Notes: a model not told the origin generated them from the letters alone. DNA of 53,372 bases from Archangiaceae bacterium (GCA_043750125.1 JAYVCD010000028.1:1-53372); one strand, 5' to 3'; shown: positions 1-9,393, counted from the first letter of the stretch. A program made the numbers and translations.

Positions 1-355
1 GGTACTGCTTCACCAGCGCGACCAGCACCTCGGACTCGAACGGCTTGATGAGGTACTCCGAGGCGCCCAGCGCCAGCCCGCGCGCGCGATCCTGGTCGCG
101 GCCTTCGGTGGTGACGACGAACAGCGGCGTCTCGCGGTAGTGGGGGTTCCTCTTCACGAAGTTGATGAGCTCGAGCCCGTTGATGTCCGGCATGTTGATG
201 TCGGTGATGATCAACGCGAACTGAAACCGGGGGAGCACCTTCAGCGCTTCGAAGCCACTGACCGCGCATACCACTTCAACCCCGCTGATCGTCTGCACCG
301 TAGTGGCGAGCAGTTCGCGGGTAGCCTTCGAGTCTTCGACGATTAATACCTTCAC
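1..355 (-). CDS. Single-domain CheY-like response regulator (3' end runs off the window)
   Basis: Manual translation from GTG at 355: MKVLIVEDSKATRELL...ALIITDINMPDINGLEL...FVVTTEG...GASEYLIKPF, showing the receiver acidic pair, phospho-Asp, Thr and KP. Missing from the ORF track because the stop lies outside the window. Confidence 0.9.
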   Translation of the reverse strand, partial: MKVLIVEDSKATRELLATTVQTISGVEVVCAVSGFEALKVLPRFQFALIITDINMPDINGLELINFVKRNPHYRETPLFVVTTEGRDQDRARGLALGASEYLIKPFESEVLVALVKQY

Positions 356-369
356 GGCCCCTCAGAAGG

Positions 370-852
370 TTACCGCGTTCCGCTCAGCAGTGCCCGCACT
401 CCACGCTCGGCGAGCACAGTTACTGCTCCGTTACCGAAGCCGGGCCTGAAATGACGCTCGAGCGCCTCGACCCGGGCCGCGTCTCCCACCGACGCCGCCC
501 GAGGCAGGGCGAGCGCCACCGAGCCCACTTTGGCCTTCTTCAACATCGCCGCCGCGCCCTCGAGAAACCTTCCCAGCCGCGCCGCGTCAACCGACGCTTC
601 GAGCCCGACTCCGACGGCGAAGACGCACGGCACCGGCAGCGTTCCCCCGGTCGGAAACAGCAATCGGTCATCGGCCGCCCCGACGAAAAAGCCCTGCTGC
701 AGAACCCGCGAGAGTGCGCCTCCCAGGCGCCAGTCGACGAACCCCGCCGCCCCGGAAAGGGGGCGATCATCCTCGGCGACGAACAAGCACAGCGCATCAC
801 AGCCAATCAGGCCGTCCAGCGCTTCGAGGCTCGGCTCGTGTGCCGGGGTCAT
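370..852 (-). CDS. Stand-alone M17 (leucyl aminopeptidase) N-terminal-like domain protein
   Basis: LFVAEDDRPLSGAAGFVDWRLGGALSR resembles the M17 N-terminal domain-only family; no catalytic domain; ATGA overlap with nusB. Confidence 0.7.
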   Translation of the reverse strand: MTPAHEPSLEALDGLIGCDALCLFVAEDDRPLSGAAGFVDWRLGGALSRVLQQGFFVGAADDRLLFPTGGTLPVPCVFAVGVGLEASVDAARLGRFLEGAAAMLKKAKVGSVALALPRAASVGDAARVEALERHFRPGFGNGAVTVLAERGVRALLSGTR

Positions 853-1277
853 GGCTTGTTCAAAGTGGCCGCGATCTTGTCGAGCAGCCCATTGATGAAC
901 CCCGACGACTCTTCGTTGCCGAACTTCTTTCCGAGCTCGACCGCCTCGTTGAGCGTGACCTTGCGGGGAATGTCATCGCGGTACTTCAGTTCCCACGCGC
1001 CCAGCCGCAGCACGTTGCGATCGATGCGCGACATCCGCTCGAGCCGCCAGTTGTGGCTGTGCTGCTCCAGCAGGGGGTCAATCTCGGTCAGCCGAGCGCG
1101 AACCCCTTCGACGATCTCGAGCGCGAAGCTGTGGGCGGCGGGATCTCCCGGCCCTTCGTCATCGCTGGCCCCCCACGCCGAATCGAGCGCGCCACTGGAC
1201 GTAGAAGCAGCGGGCTCCCCATCGAGCTGAAAGAGCGCCTGAAGTGCGCGCTCACGGGCCGTGCGCCGTGCGCCCAT
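849..1277 (-). CDS. nusB: Transcription antitermination factor NusB
   Basis: RRTARERALQALFQ, WRLERMSRIDRNVLR, NEAVELGKKFG, FINGLLD; follows ribH. Confidence 0.97.
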   Translation of the reverse strand: MGARRTARERALQALFQLDGEPAASTSSGALDSAWGASDDEGPGDPAAHSFALEIVEGVRARLTEIDPLLEQHSHNWRLERMSRIDRNVLRLGAWELKYRDDIPRKVTLNEAVELGKKFGNEESSGFINGLLDKIAATLNKP

Positions 1278-1282
1278 GCGGG

Positions 1283-1756
1283 CTACTGCGCTCCCATGGA
1301 AGCGTAGAGATTCACCATCTCGATGCAGGACACCGCGGCTTCGGCGCCCTTGTTGCCGCTCTTCACCCCCGCGCGATCGACGGCCTGCTCGACGTTGTCG
1401 GTGGTCAGAACGCCAAAGGTGACCGGACAGTCCGACTCGAGCGCCGCGCGACCGATGCCCTTCGACACCTCGCCCGCCACGTACTCGAAGTGCGGAGTGC
1501 CCCCGCGAATCACGCAGCCCAGCGCCACCACCCCGGCGTACTTTCCCGTCTTGGCCACCCGGGCGACGAGGCCCGAGAGCTCAAAGGTTCCAGGGCAGCG
1601 ATAGACGTCGATCTGCTCGTCTTTCACCCCGTGGCGAACGAGGGCGTCGAGCGCGCCGGACAGCAGCGGCTCGGTGATGAAGCCATTGAAGCGGCTGACG
1701 CAGATCGCGAAGCGCCCTTTGGGTGAGACCAGGTTTCCTTCGAAAGTGCGAGGCAT
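1283..1756 (-). CDS. ribH: 6,7-dimethyl-8-ribityllumazine synthase
   Basis: SRFNGFIT, PGTFEL, LGCVIRGGTPHFEYV, FGVLT, NKGAEAA motifs. Confidence 0.97.
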   Translation of the reverse strand: MPRTFEGNLVSPKGRFAICVSRFNGFITEPLLSGALDALVRHGVKDEQIDVYRCPGTFELSGLVARVAKTGKYAGVVALGCVIRGGTPHFEYVAGEVSKGIGRAALESDCPVTFGVLTTDNVEQAVDRAGVKSGNKGAEAAVSCIEMVNLYASMGAQ

Positions 1757-1774
1757 GGGGGCGCGGACCTTACC

Positions 1775-2929
1775 TCAACGGGCGCGGCGGCGAGCAGGAG
1801 CCGCAGACAGGGGGATCTGCGCGACCAACTTCAAGCCGTAGCTGTCGAGGCCGACAATCTGCTTCGGGTGGTTGGTCAACAGCTTCAGCTCGGTCAGCCC
1901 GAGGTCGGTCAAGATCTGGGCGCCGACCCCGAACTCGCGCAGGCGGGTCTGTTCCAGGTGACCCGGAACATTTTCATCGTTCGAGGGAGCCTCTTTTTGC
2001 AGCGCCTGCAGCGGTCCGACCGGCTTGCGCAGGTAGACCAACACCCCCCTGCCCTCTTTCGAAATCGCTTCCATCGCCAGCTTGAGCGAGCCTGCGCCGC
2101 CCGCGCTGTCGAGCACGTCGGACAGCAGGGTTCCTCGGTGAACGCGCACCAGCACCGGGCCGGGCCGGGTCAAGTCTCCCTTCACCAGCGCGAGGTGCAC
2201 GGTGGGGTCCACGTCGCTGGTGTACGCGTACGCGAGCAGCTTGCCGAACGGGGGGCGCTCGACTTCGGTCACTCCAATGCGCTTGACCAGCCGCTCGCGG
2301 GCCAGCCGCCACGAGATGAGGTCCGCGACCGAAAGCAGGACCATCTTGTGCTTCTTGGCGAAGCGGATCAGGTCCGGCCGCCGCGCCATCGTGCCGTCTT
2401 CTTTCATGATCTCGCAGATCACTCCCGCGGGCTTGAGGCCGGCCAGGCGCGCGAGGTCGACCGAACCTTCGGTCTGCCCTGTGCGAACGAGGACTCCGCC
2501 ATTGCGTGCTCGCAAGGGAAAGATGTGACCGGGGCGAACGAGGTCGCTGGGCTTGGCGTTGGTCGCGACAGCGGCCTTCACCGTGCGAGAGCGATCGGCC
2601 GCTGAGATCCCGGTCGTAACTCCTTTGGCCGCTTCGATCGACACCGTGAACGCGGTCTGAAACGGCGAAGAGTTGTCCTGGACCATCAACGGCAGGCCCA
2701 GCTGCGCGATGCGCTGCTCGGTGAGCGACAGACAAATCAGGCCGCGCCCGTGCCGGGCCATGAAGTTGATCGCGTCGGGAGTCACCTTCTCGGCCGCCAT
2801 CACCAGATCGCCTTCGTTCTCGCGATCTTCGTCATCGGTGAGGATCACCATCTTTCCCCGCCGAACCTCGGCGAGCGCCTTGTCGACGAGCTCCAACGAG
2901 CGCTGTTGCTGCGTGGAAACCATGTTCAT
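1775..2929 (-). CDS. ribB: DHBP synthase fused to a degenerate GTP cyclohydrolase II-like domain (RibBX-type)
   Basis: [48 protein letters not shown]. The C-terminal domain lacks the Zn-binding Cys residues. Start trimmed from the ORF track to ATG 2929 (alternative 2923). Confidence 0.92.
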   Translation of the reverse strand: MNMVSTQQQRSLELVDKALAEVRRGKMVILTDDEDRENEGDLVMAAEKVTPDAINFMARHGRGLICLSLTEQRIAQLGLPLMVQDNSSPFQTAFTVSIEAAKGVTTGISAADRSRTVKAAVATNAKPSDLVRPGHIFPLRARNGGVLVRTGQTEGSVDLARLAGLKPAGVICEIMKEDGTMARRPDLIRFAKKHKMVLLSVADLISWRLARERLVKRIGVTEVERPPFGKLLAYAYTSDVDPTVHLALVKGDLTRPGPVLVRVHRGTLLSDVLDSAGGAGSLKLAMEAISKEGRGVLVYLRKPVGPLQALQKEAPSNDENVPGHLEQTRLREFGVGAQILTDLGLTELKLLTNHPKQIVGLDSYGLKLVAQIPLSAAPARRRAR

Positions 2930-2982
2930 GGGCTCTTGGCGGACAACGTGCCAGATGGCAATCGGTACCGGTCGCCGCCTTT

Positions 2983-3606
2983 TTAAAACCCGGCCTGGCG
3001 CAGCTGCTCTTCGGTCAGGCCGGTGCGCAACCCGTGAAGGCGGGCCACGTATTTGCCGAACAGATCGGCCTCGAGATTCACCCGGCTGCCGACTCCCTTG
3101 GCCCTCAGCGAGGTCCGCGCGACCGTCTCGGGAATCAACGCCACCCAGAATCGGGCTTGTTCGACCCGATTGACGGTGAGGCTGATGCCATCGAGCGTCA
3201 CCGAGCCCTTGTCGATGAAGCAGACCGCAAGCTGAGGCGGCAGGGCGATCGCCATCACCCACGAGCCACCTTCGGCCCGCGCTTCGAGAATTTCGGCGAC
3301 CGAGTCGACGTGCCCCTGCACCCAATGGCCGCCCATGCGGTCCCCCACTTTGAGCGCGCGCTCGAGATTGACGGGGGTGCCGGTGCGCCAACTGCCCAGC
3401 GTGGTGTGGCGCAGCGTCTCGGGCGAAGCGTCGACTCGAAACGTCGAGCCCTGCTGCTCGACGACGGTCAGGCAGCAGCCCTCGCAGGCAATCGACTCGC
3501 CCAGCTGCAGGTCGGCGGGAAAGTGCGAGGCGATCCACACCTCGGTCATCGCCCCTGAGCTGACCCGCTCGACGCGGCCGAGATCCTGAATCAGGCCGGT
3601 GAACAT
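2983..3606 (-). CDS. ribE: Riboflavin synthase (alpha chain)
   Basis: MFTGLI start, [42 protein letters not shown]. Confidence 0.96.
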   Translation of the reverse strand: MFTGLIQDLGRVERVSSGAMTEVWIASHFPADLQLGESIACEGCCLTVVEQQGSTFRVDASPETLRHTTLGSWRTGTPVNLERALKVGDRMGGHWVQGHVDSVAEILEARAEGGSWVMAIALPPQLAVCFIDKGSVTLDGISLTVNRVEQARFWVALIPETVARTSLRAKGVGSRVNLEADLFGKYVARLHGLRTGLTEEQLRQAGF

Positions 3607-4139
3607 CAGCGCTTCTTCGCAGCCTTCTTCGCGGCGCCGTTCCTGGCCTTCGACCGCTTCGGGGTGGACACCCCGTCGATGAATTCCACGATCCGGCTGT
3701 CGGCCTTGCGCAGGCGGCGGCTGAGCATTCGGCAGATGTTCTGCAGCACGATGACGTACGCGTAGTTGTCTTCGCGGTACAGGTTGTAGAGGTCCATGTT
3801 GGTGAGCGAGTAGGTGCGCACCTTCTTTCGCGCGACCACCGTTCCCGACCGGGGCTGCAGCTCGACCAGCGTCATCTCGCCGAAGGTCTCGCCCGAGCCC
3901 AACCGCACGATCGGCACCCGGTTTCCGGTGTCCGACCGGCGCGAGACTTCGACCTCGCCATCGCGCAGCACGTACATCGTCCGCCCCAGCTCACCCTCGG
4001 CGAAGATCGTCTCGCCCGAGTCGAAGGTCCGCTCTTCGAGCAGGTCGATCAATCGATCGAGCGAGTGACCTTCCAGGCCACCAAAAACCGGCACGCTTCG
4101 AAGAAACGTGACCAGGGAAGTCGAGTTCGAGCTGAGCAT
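3606..4139 (-). CDS. Cyclic-nucleotide-binding domain protein without HTH
   Basis: IFAEGELG..MYVLRDGEVEV, FGEMTLVELQPRSGTV phosphate-binding cassette, C-helix LSRRLR; basic tail; 1-nt TGATG overlap with ribE. Confidence 0.88.
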   Translation of the reverse strand: MLSSNSTSLVTFLRSVPVFGGLEGHSLDRLIDLLEERTFDSGETIFAEGELGRTMYVLRDGEVEVSRRSDTGNRVPIVRLGSGETFGEMTLVELQPRSGTVVARKKVRTYSLTNMDLYNLYREDNYAYVIVLQNICRMLSRRLRKADSRIVEFIDGVSTPKRSKARNGAAKKAAKKR

Positions 4140-4166
4140 GGGCGGACAAAACCCGATTGCAGGCCA

Positions 4167-5138
4167 TCAGGCAACGCCGAACAATCGCAACGCGTTGCCG
4201 CCCAGCATCGCGGCCTCGTCGTGCGCCGGCAGCTTCATCGCCGTCAGGTGCTTCAGCTCGCGGTCCCAGGCATAGGGAATGTTGGGGAAATCGGTGCCGT
4301 AGAGAATTCGATCCGGCCGGGCGGTGAACAGCCGCAGCGGCACGGCAATCGGAAAGTATTGGGCGCCCATCATCGTGGTGTCGAGCCACAGGTTGTCGTG
4401 CCGCTCGAGCAGCCGCAGGTAGCCTTCGAACTCGTCGGCCCCCAGGTGGGGAACGCACAGCTTCAAGGTCGGGTGCGCCTGCAAGACCCGCTCGACCCGC
4501 TCGACCGCGCACACCGAGTAGGGGTCGACCTTGTAGCTGTCGGACTTCGGCTCGCGTCCCGCGTGCATCACCAGCGGGCGTCCGTGCGCAGCGCACGTCG
4601 CATAGATTTCATCGAGCTCGGGCGCGTCGGGCGCAAAGCACTGCACGTGGCAGTGAAGCTTCACCCCTTTGAGCCCCGCGGCGAAGGCGTCTTCGAGGAC
4701 CTTGACCGCCCCCGGCTCGCCCGGAAAGACCGTCGCCACACCGATGACCCGCGGCTCGGTGCGGCAGACCTCGGCGATGTAGTTGTTCAAGGTCCGGGCC
4801 ATGCCCGCGCGGTGCGAGTAGTGCAGCGCCACGACGTGCGACAGCCCCCGGTCGAGCAGAAAGCGAATCACCTGCGGCGTTCGAAGCTTGTAGCGCACCG
4901 GCCACGCGTGGGCGTCGAACCACTTCCACAACGCGTCGAAGACCGGGTCGGGGAACAGATGCACGTGTGCGTCGACCACGGGCGGCAGCAGATCCGGCAA
5001 GCACGGCCCTTCTTCATCATTCAGGCCCGGCAGCGGCAGCTTCATCCCCGAACCCTGCACCGCCGACGCTGCGAGGCAGCATGCGGGGCCGATTTCTTCA
5101 GCGCTCATTCGGGTCGCGAGAAAAAGTCGTTTGGCCAT
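4167..5138 (-). CDS. Amidohydrolase_2 family metallohydrolase (start 5138 or 5108)
   Basis: VDAHVH, GVKLH, VMHAG, VPHLG, ILYGTDFP motifs; AGGAGG upstream of ATG 5138. Confidence 0.88.
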   Translation of the reverse strand: MAKRLFLATRMSAEEIGPACCLAASAVQGSGMKLPLPGLNDEEGPCLPDLLPPVVDAHVHLFPDPVFDALWKWFDAHAWPVRYKLRTPQVIRFLLDRGLSHVVALHYSHRAGMARTLNNYIAEVCRTEPRVIGVATVFPGEPGAVKVLEDAFAAGLKGVKLHCHVQCFAPDAPELDEIYATCAAHGRPLVMHAGREPKSDSYKVDPYSVCAVERVERVLQAHPTLKLCVPHLGADEFEGYLRLLERHDNLWLDTTMMGAQYFPIAVPLRLFTARPDRILYGTDFPNIPYAWDRELKHLTAMKLPAHDEAAMLGGNALRLFGVA

Positions 5139-5144
5139 GTTTTT

Positions 5145-5357
5145 TCAACCTCCTGAGAGTGCCTGCAATACGTACAGCTCGGTGTGCTCGCCCACCGGGT
5201 CTGATTGCTGCGCGCGGTCCTTGAGCTGCTCGGAATCGACGAAGACGATCACGTGTCGGCGCAGGCTTCCCTGCTCGGGGTGAAGGTCAGTCGTGGCGCC
5301 GGCGCTGCTCCTTTTGCTCGTTGCGACCCCATCGGCAAGGGGCGTGACTTTAGGCAC
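5145..5357 (-). pseudogene. MoaD/ThiS ubiquitin-like sulfur-carrier homolog, internally shortened (70 aa), C-terminal GG intact
   Basis: MPKVT...EQGSLRRHVIVFVDSEQLKDR...SDPVGEHTELYVLQALSGG-stop. The C-terminal half is typical of beta-grasp sulfur carriers; the N-terminal helix region appears missing. Confidence 0.65.
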
Positions 5358-5390
5358 AAACCACCCGGCCGATGGTTAGAGTGGGCGCCC

Positions 5391-5813
5391 ATGGCTGTGT
5401 TCAAAAACCCGCTTCCCACGGTCGACTGCATCGTCGAGCTTCCGAGAGATCGCATCGTCCTCGTGCTGCGCAAGAACGAGCCGATCGGCTGGGCGCTTCC
5501 CGGAGGTTTTGTCGACGCTGGCGAGCCCCTGCATGCCGCCTGCGTCCGGGAAGTGAAAGAAGAGACCGGCCTCGATGTCGACCTGTCCGAGCAGTTTTTC
5601 ACCTACTCCGACCCCGCCCGAGATCCGCGCAAGCACACCCTGAGCACCGTCTACATCGGCTGGGCCGACGGCGAGCCTCAAGGCGGCGACGACGCGGCCG
5701 AGGCCCGCGGCTTCACCCTCGATCAACTGCCCTCGAACCTGTGCTTTGACCACGGGACGATCTTGTCCGACTACGCCACCTACAAACGCACCGGAAAGCG
5801 CCGAAAGATTTGA
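5391..5813 (+). CDS. NUDIX hydrolase (ADP-ribose pyrophosphatase-like)
   Basis: Intact Nudix box GGFVDAGEPLHAACVREVKEETGL, YSDPARDPR, GDDA, FDH; ATG at 5391. Confidence 0.93.
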   Translation: MAVFKNPLPTVDCIVELPRDRIVLVLRKNEPIGWALPGGFVDAGEPLHAACVREVKEETGLDVDLSEQFFTYSDPARDPRKHTLSTVYIGWADGEPQGGDDAAEARGFTLDQLPSNLCFDHGTILSDYATYKRTGKRRKI

Positions 5814-7456
5814 CCCCCACACCCCGACAGCGCGCCCTCAAGGCGCTCGCCGATGAAACGTTCGACCTCGTCATCGTCGGGGGAGGAATCACCGGCTGTG
5901 GCATCGCGCGTGACGCCGCCTTGCGCGGGTTGAAGGTCGCGCTGATCGAAAAGCTCGACTTCGCTTCGGGCACCTCGAGCAAGTCTTCGAAGCTGGTGCA
6001 CGGGGGACTGCGCTACCTCGAGCAGGCCGAATTCAAGCTGGTCTTCGAATCGGTGAGCGAGCGCAAGTTATTGATGAGTCGCGCACGACATCTGGTGCGC
6101 CCGCTTCCCTTCCTCGTCGCTCACTTCAAAGGCGATCGCCGCTGGCTGGTGACCCTCGATCTCGGGTTGTGGATCTACGACGCTCTGTGCCTGTTCGGCA
6201 GCTACAAGAACCACCGCACGTTTGGTGCGACCCGAACGCTCAAGCTCGAGCCAGCCCTGAAGAAGGAAGGCCTGACCGGCGGCATCCTCTATTACGACTG
6301 CTTCACCGACGACGCGCGGCTGACGCTCGAGAATGCGATCGATGCCTACGCACTCGGAGCAGTCATCGTCAACCACGTTCGCGCCGGAGCGCTGCTCAAA
6401 GACGGCAGCGGGCGGATCATCGGCCTTACCGCTCATGACGAGGAACCGGCCGGCTCGCAAGCGGCGATCGACATTCGGGCCCGGCTGGTGATCAACGCCA
6501 CCGGCCCCTGGAGCGACGAGGTGCGCGCGCTCAATTCGGAACGGCCGATTCTGACCCCGACCAAAGGCACCCACATCGTCATCGACTCGCAGCGGCTGCC
6601 GGTTCGAAACGCGCTGATGATGCTCGGGCCGCGCGACGGGCGGGCGGTCTTCGCCATTCCGTGGGGCTTGGGTCGAAGCGTGATTGGGACCACCGATACT
6701 TTCTTCAGCGGCAGTCCCGACGACGTCCATGCCGACCGCGCCGACACCGAATACCTGCTCGAGATCGGCAACCATTATTTTCCCGATGCGAAGCTTGGCC
6801 TGGAAGACGTGCTCGCCACCTGGTCCGGGCTTCGACCCCTGCTCAAGTCCGATCATGAAGGGGTGGGCGCCTCGCAGGTCTCACGCGAACACATGATGTT
6901 CGAGCAGCCCGGCTTCCTCACCATTGCCGGAGGCAAGCTGACCACCTACCGACGCATTGCGTTCGAGGTCGTCGATCGCGCGATGGAACAGCTCGGGCTG
7001 AAGAAAGCCTCCCAGACTCAAGATCGCTTTCTGCCCGGCTCGGTGGGCCTGGAATCCGACGCCCAGCTCGAAGGCCTCGTCCACCCCCTCATGGCCGAAG
7101 GGCTCACTCCCGCTTCCGCCGCGCACCTGGCCACCACCTTTGGCACCCGCAGCGCCACCGTCGCCGCGAGGCTCAAGGGGGACCCCACCTGCGCCGAGCC
7201 ATTGGACGCCGAGCTGCCCTACCTCACCGCGCAGATTGACGAGGCGATCGAGAACGAGTTTGCCCGAACGCTCGATGACGTCCTCACCCGGCGAATTCCC
7301 CTGGTCCTGCGCGGCCGCGATCAAGGCTTGCGCATTGCTCCGAAGGTCGCCGCCCGGCTGCAGCACAAGCTGGGTTGGACCGACGCCCAGACAGCCAGAG
7401 AGCTCTCGCACTACCGTTCGGTGGTTGACGCCAGCCGCCGGTTTCGCAACGGCTGA
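5810..7456 (+). CDS. glpD: FAD-dependent glycerol-3-phosphate dehydrogenase
   Basis: IVGGGITGCG, DFASGTSSKSSKLVHGGLRYLE, DDARL, INATGPW, GTTD, WSGLRPL, GGKLTTYR. Confidence 0.93.
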   Translation: MTPTPRQRALKALADETFDLVIVGGGITGCGIARDAALRGLKVALIEKLDFASGTSSKSSKLVHGGLRYLEQAEFKLVFESVSERKLLMSRARHLVRPLPFLVAHFKGDRRWLVTLDLGLWIYDALCLFGSYKNHRTFGATRTLKLEPALKKEGLTGGILYYDCFTDDARLTLENAIDAYALGAVIVNHVRAGALLKDGSGRIIGLTAHDEEPAGSQAAIDIRARLVINATGPWSDEVRALNSERPILTPTKGTHIVIDSQRLPVRNALMMLGPRDGRAVFAIPWGLGRSVIGTTDTFFSGSPDDVHADRADTEYLLEIGNHYFPDAKLGLEDVLATWSGLRPLLKSDHEGVGASQVSREHMMFEQPGFLTIAGGKLTTYRRIAFEVVDRAMEQLGLKKASQTQDRFLPGSVGLESDAQLEGLVHPLMAEGLTPASAAHLATTFGTRSATVAARLKGDPTCAEPLDAELPYLTAQIDEAIENEFARTLDDVLTRRIPLVLRGRDQGLRIAPKVAARLQHKLGWTDAQTARELSHYRSVVDASRRFRNG

Positions 7457-7462
7457 ACGGGC

Positions 7463-8347
7463 TTGAATTCCCGGGTAGCGATTGGGCTCTTCCTCGGAGT
7501 GCTCGCCGTCTCGTGGGCGGCGATCTTCGTCCGGCTCACCGATGCCCCTCCTCTGACCATCGGAGCCTGGCGGCTGTGCCTCGCCGGGGCGATCGTTCTG
7601 CCGTGGGCGCTGCTGCGTCACCGCGCCGAGCTTCTCGCCTCGACGCGACGCACCTGGCTGTTCCTGTTCGGCTCGGGCTTCGCGCTCGCGCTGCACTTCG
7701 GCACGTGGATCGCCTCACTCAAGCTGACGACCGTCGCCAGCAGCGTCGCCCTCGTCACCACCACCCCGGTCTGGGTCGCAATTCTTTCCGGAGTGCTGCT
7801 GAAGGAACGAGCCCGCGCCCTCACCCTGCTCGCGATGGCCGTGGCCATCTGCGGCAGCCTGCTGATCGCCGGAGCCGACTTCGCCCTCGACGCCCAGGCC
7901 CTGCGGGGCGACGCGCTCGCCCTGGCAGGCGCGATCTTCGGTGCGGTCTACCTGACCATCGGCCGCCACGCTCGAAACGCGCTCGGCCTCGCCCCCTACA
8001 TCGGCGTCGTCTACCCCGTGGCCGGGTTATCCCTGCTCGCCGCGGCCGTCTTCACCGGCGCGCCCCTGGTCCACTTTCCAGCCCAGACCTGGCTGCTCTT
8101 CGCGGCCCTGGCCGGGGTGCCGCAGCTGATCGGCCATTCGCTCTTCAACTGGGCGCTGAAGCACACCTCGGCGGGGCTGGTGTCCGTGGCCATTCTCGGC
8201 GAGCCGGTGTTCTCGACCTTGCTCGCCATTCCCATTCTCGACGAGCGCCCGGGGTGGGTCCGCGCGATCGGCGGAACCGTGGTCCTGGTGGGGGTCGCGC
8301 TGGCTGCGGTGTCAGAATCGCGCCGCGCGCCACCGGTCATCGACTGA
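7463..8347 (+). CDS. EamA/DMT family transporter
   Basis: About 10 hydrophobic helices in two repeats; LALHFGTWIASL, GDALAL, GHSLFNWAL, LGEPV. Confidence 0.9.
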   Translation: MNSRVAIGLFLGVLAVSWAAIFVRLTDAPPLTIGAWRLCLAGAIVLPWALLRHRAELLASTRRTWLFLFGSGFALALHFGTWIASLKLTTVASSVALVTTTPVWVAILSGVLLKERARALTLLAMAVAICGSLLIAGADFALDAQALRGDALALAGAIFGAVYLTIGRHARNALGLAPYIGVVYPVAGLSLLAAAVFTGAPLVHFPAQTWLLFAALAGVPQLIGHSLFNWALKHTSAGLVSVAILGEPVFSTLLAIPILDERPGWVRAIGGTVVLVGVALAAVSESRRAPPVID

Positions 8348-9389
8348 CGGCGCGCACCGCTTGCAGCACTTTCTGAACAATCGGTGGGCGCGAGACCTTG
8401 TCCAGGTACCAGGCCACCCAGGGCTTCGCCAACACCTTGGGCAACACCCCGCTGGCCGCGAACCAGCCTCCCAGCAACGCGCGCCGCGCGAGGGGCAGCC
8501 GGGCATGACCCACGGACTTCATGCCCCGCCAGGCCAGGTTGATGCGGGAATCGCCGGGGGTCGGGTGGTTGTCTGGGTCCAGCGTCAGCGAGGCCACCTG
8601 GTTGGCGACGTGTCGATGGTCCTTCTCGCCCAGGTTCGGCGCCACTTCCAACCCCAGACCCATCGCCTTTTCCTTCAGCGCGCGGTACCGATGTGCATCG
8701 TGCGCAAGCAGCTTGCGGAACTTCTCTCCGGTCGCGCGCTTGCCCGCCCAGGAATTGTTTCCGTGCTGCCAGTACGCACCCAGCGGCTCTTCCACCGAGA
8801 TGACCGGCCCGAGCAACGGAGCGACCGTCACCAAATAGCCGTCGGCCGACATTCGAAAGTCCTGCTCCGGAATCGGTAAAATCGCTTCGAGCGTTCGGCG
8901 CGAGAACCCGTTTCCGCTGGTCACTGCCCCTTCGAAACGCCCGGTGGTCAGCAGCAACCGAACCACGTTGCCACTGTCGAACGACACTTCGGGGGCCGGG
9001 TAGACGTCGATGACTTCCCCGTCTGGGCCCACCAGGTTCAACCGGAACTGCACCATCGCCACCCACGGTGCCCAGACCGAGACCACCTTCGAAACCGCCT
9101 GGGGGTAGAGGTGATCGTCGGCGTCGAGGAAGAAAATCAGGTCCCCCTTCGCCGCCTTGAACCCGGCATTCATCGCCCCGCCCTGCCCCCTGTTCTTCGT
9201 CTGCATCACCGCGGTAACCGCGCCCGCGAAGCCTGCAATCACCTCGGCCGACGAATCGGTCGAGGCGTCGTCGACGACGATGATCTCGATGTTCGGGTAG
9301 TCCTGACCGAGCGCACTGCCCAGGCTGCGCGGCAGAAACCGCGCGTAGTTGTAGTTGAGGACGACGATCGAGACGAGCGGGGCCGACAT
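8337..9389 (-). CDS. Glycosyltransferase family 2
   Basis: VSIVVLNYN, EIIVVDDASTD, N.GQGGAMNAG, FLDADD (DxD). Confidence 0.92.
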   Translation of the reverse strand: MSAPLVSIVVLNYNYARFLPRSLGSALGQDYPNIEIIVVDDASTDSSAEVIAGFAGAVTAVMQTKNRGQGGAMNAGFKAAKGDLIFFLDADDHLYPQAVSKVVSVWAPWVAMVQFRLNLVGPDGEVIDVYPAPEVSFDSGNVVRLLLTTGRFEGAVTSGNGFSRRTLEAILPIPEQDFRMSADGYLVTVAPLLGPVISVEEPLGAYWQHGNNSWAGKRATGEKFRKLLAHDAHRYRALKEKAMGLGLEVAPNLGEKDHRHVANQVASLTLDPDNHPTPGDSRINLAWRGMKSVGHARLPLARRALLGGWFAASGVLPKVLAKPWVAWYLDKVSRPPIVQKVLQAVRAVSR

Positions 9390-9393
9390 GGCG

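Noticed and set aside
2930..2982. Possible FMN riboswitch in the rib cluster
   Set aside because: The gap is only about 53 nt and no RFN consensus is recognisable here or upstream.
2930..3538. N-terminal 203-aa extension of the 587-aa RibB ORF
   Set aside because: Overlaps ribE in another frame and is Arg-rich nonsense; RibB homology starts near 2929.
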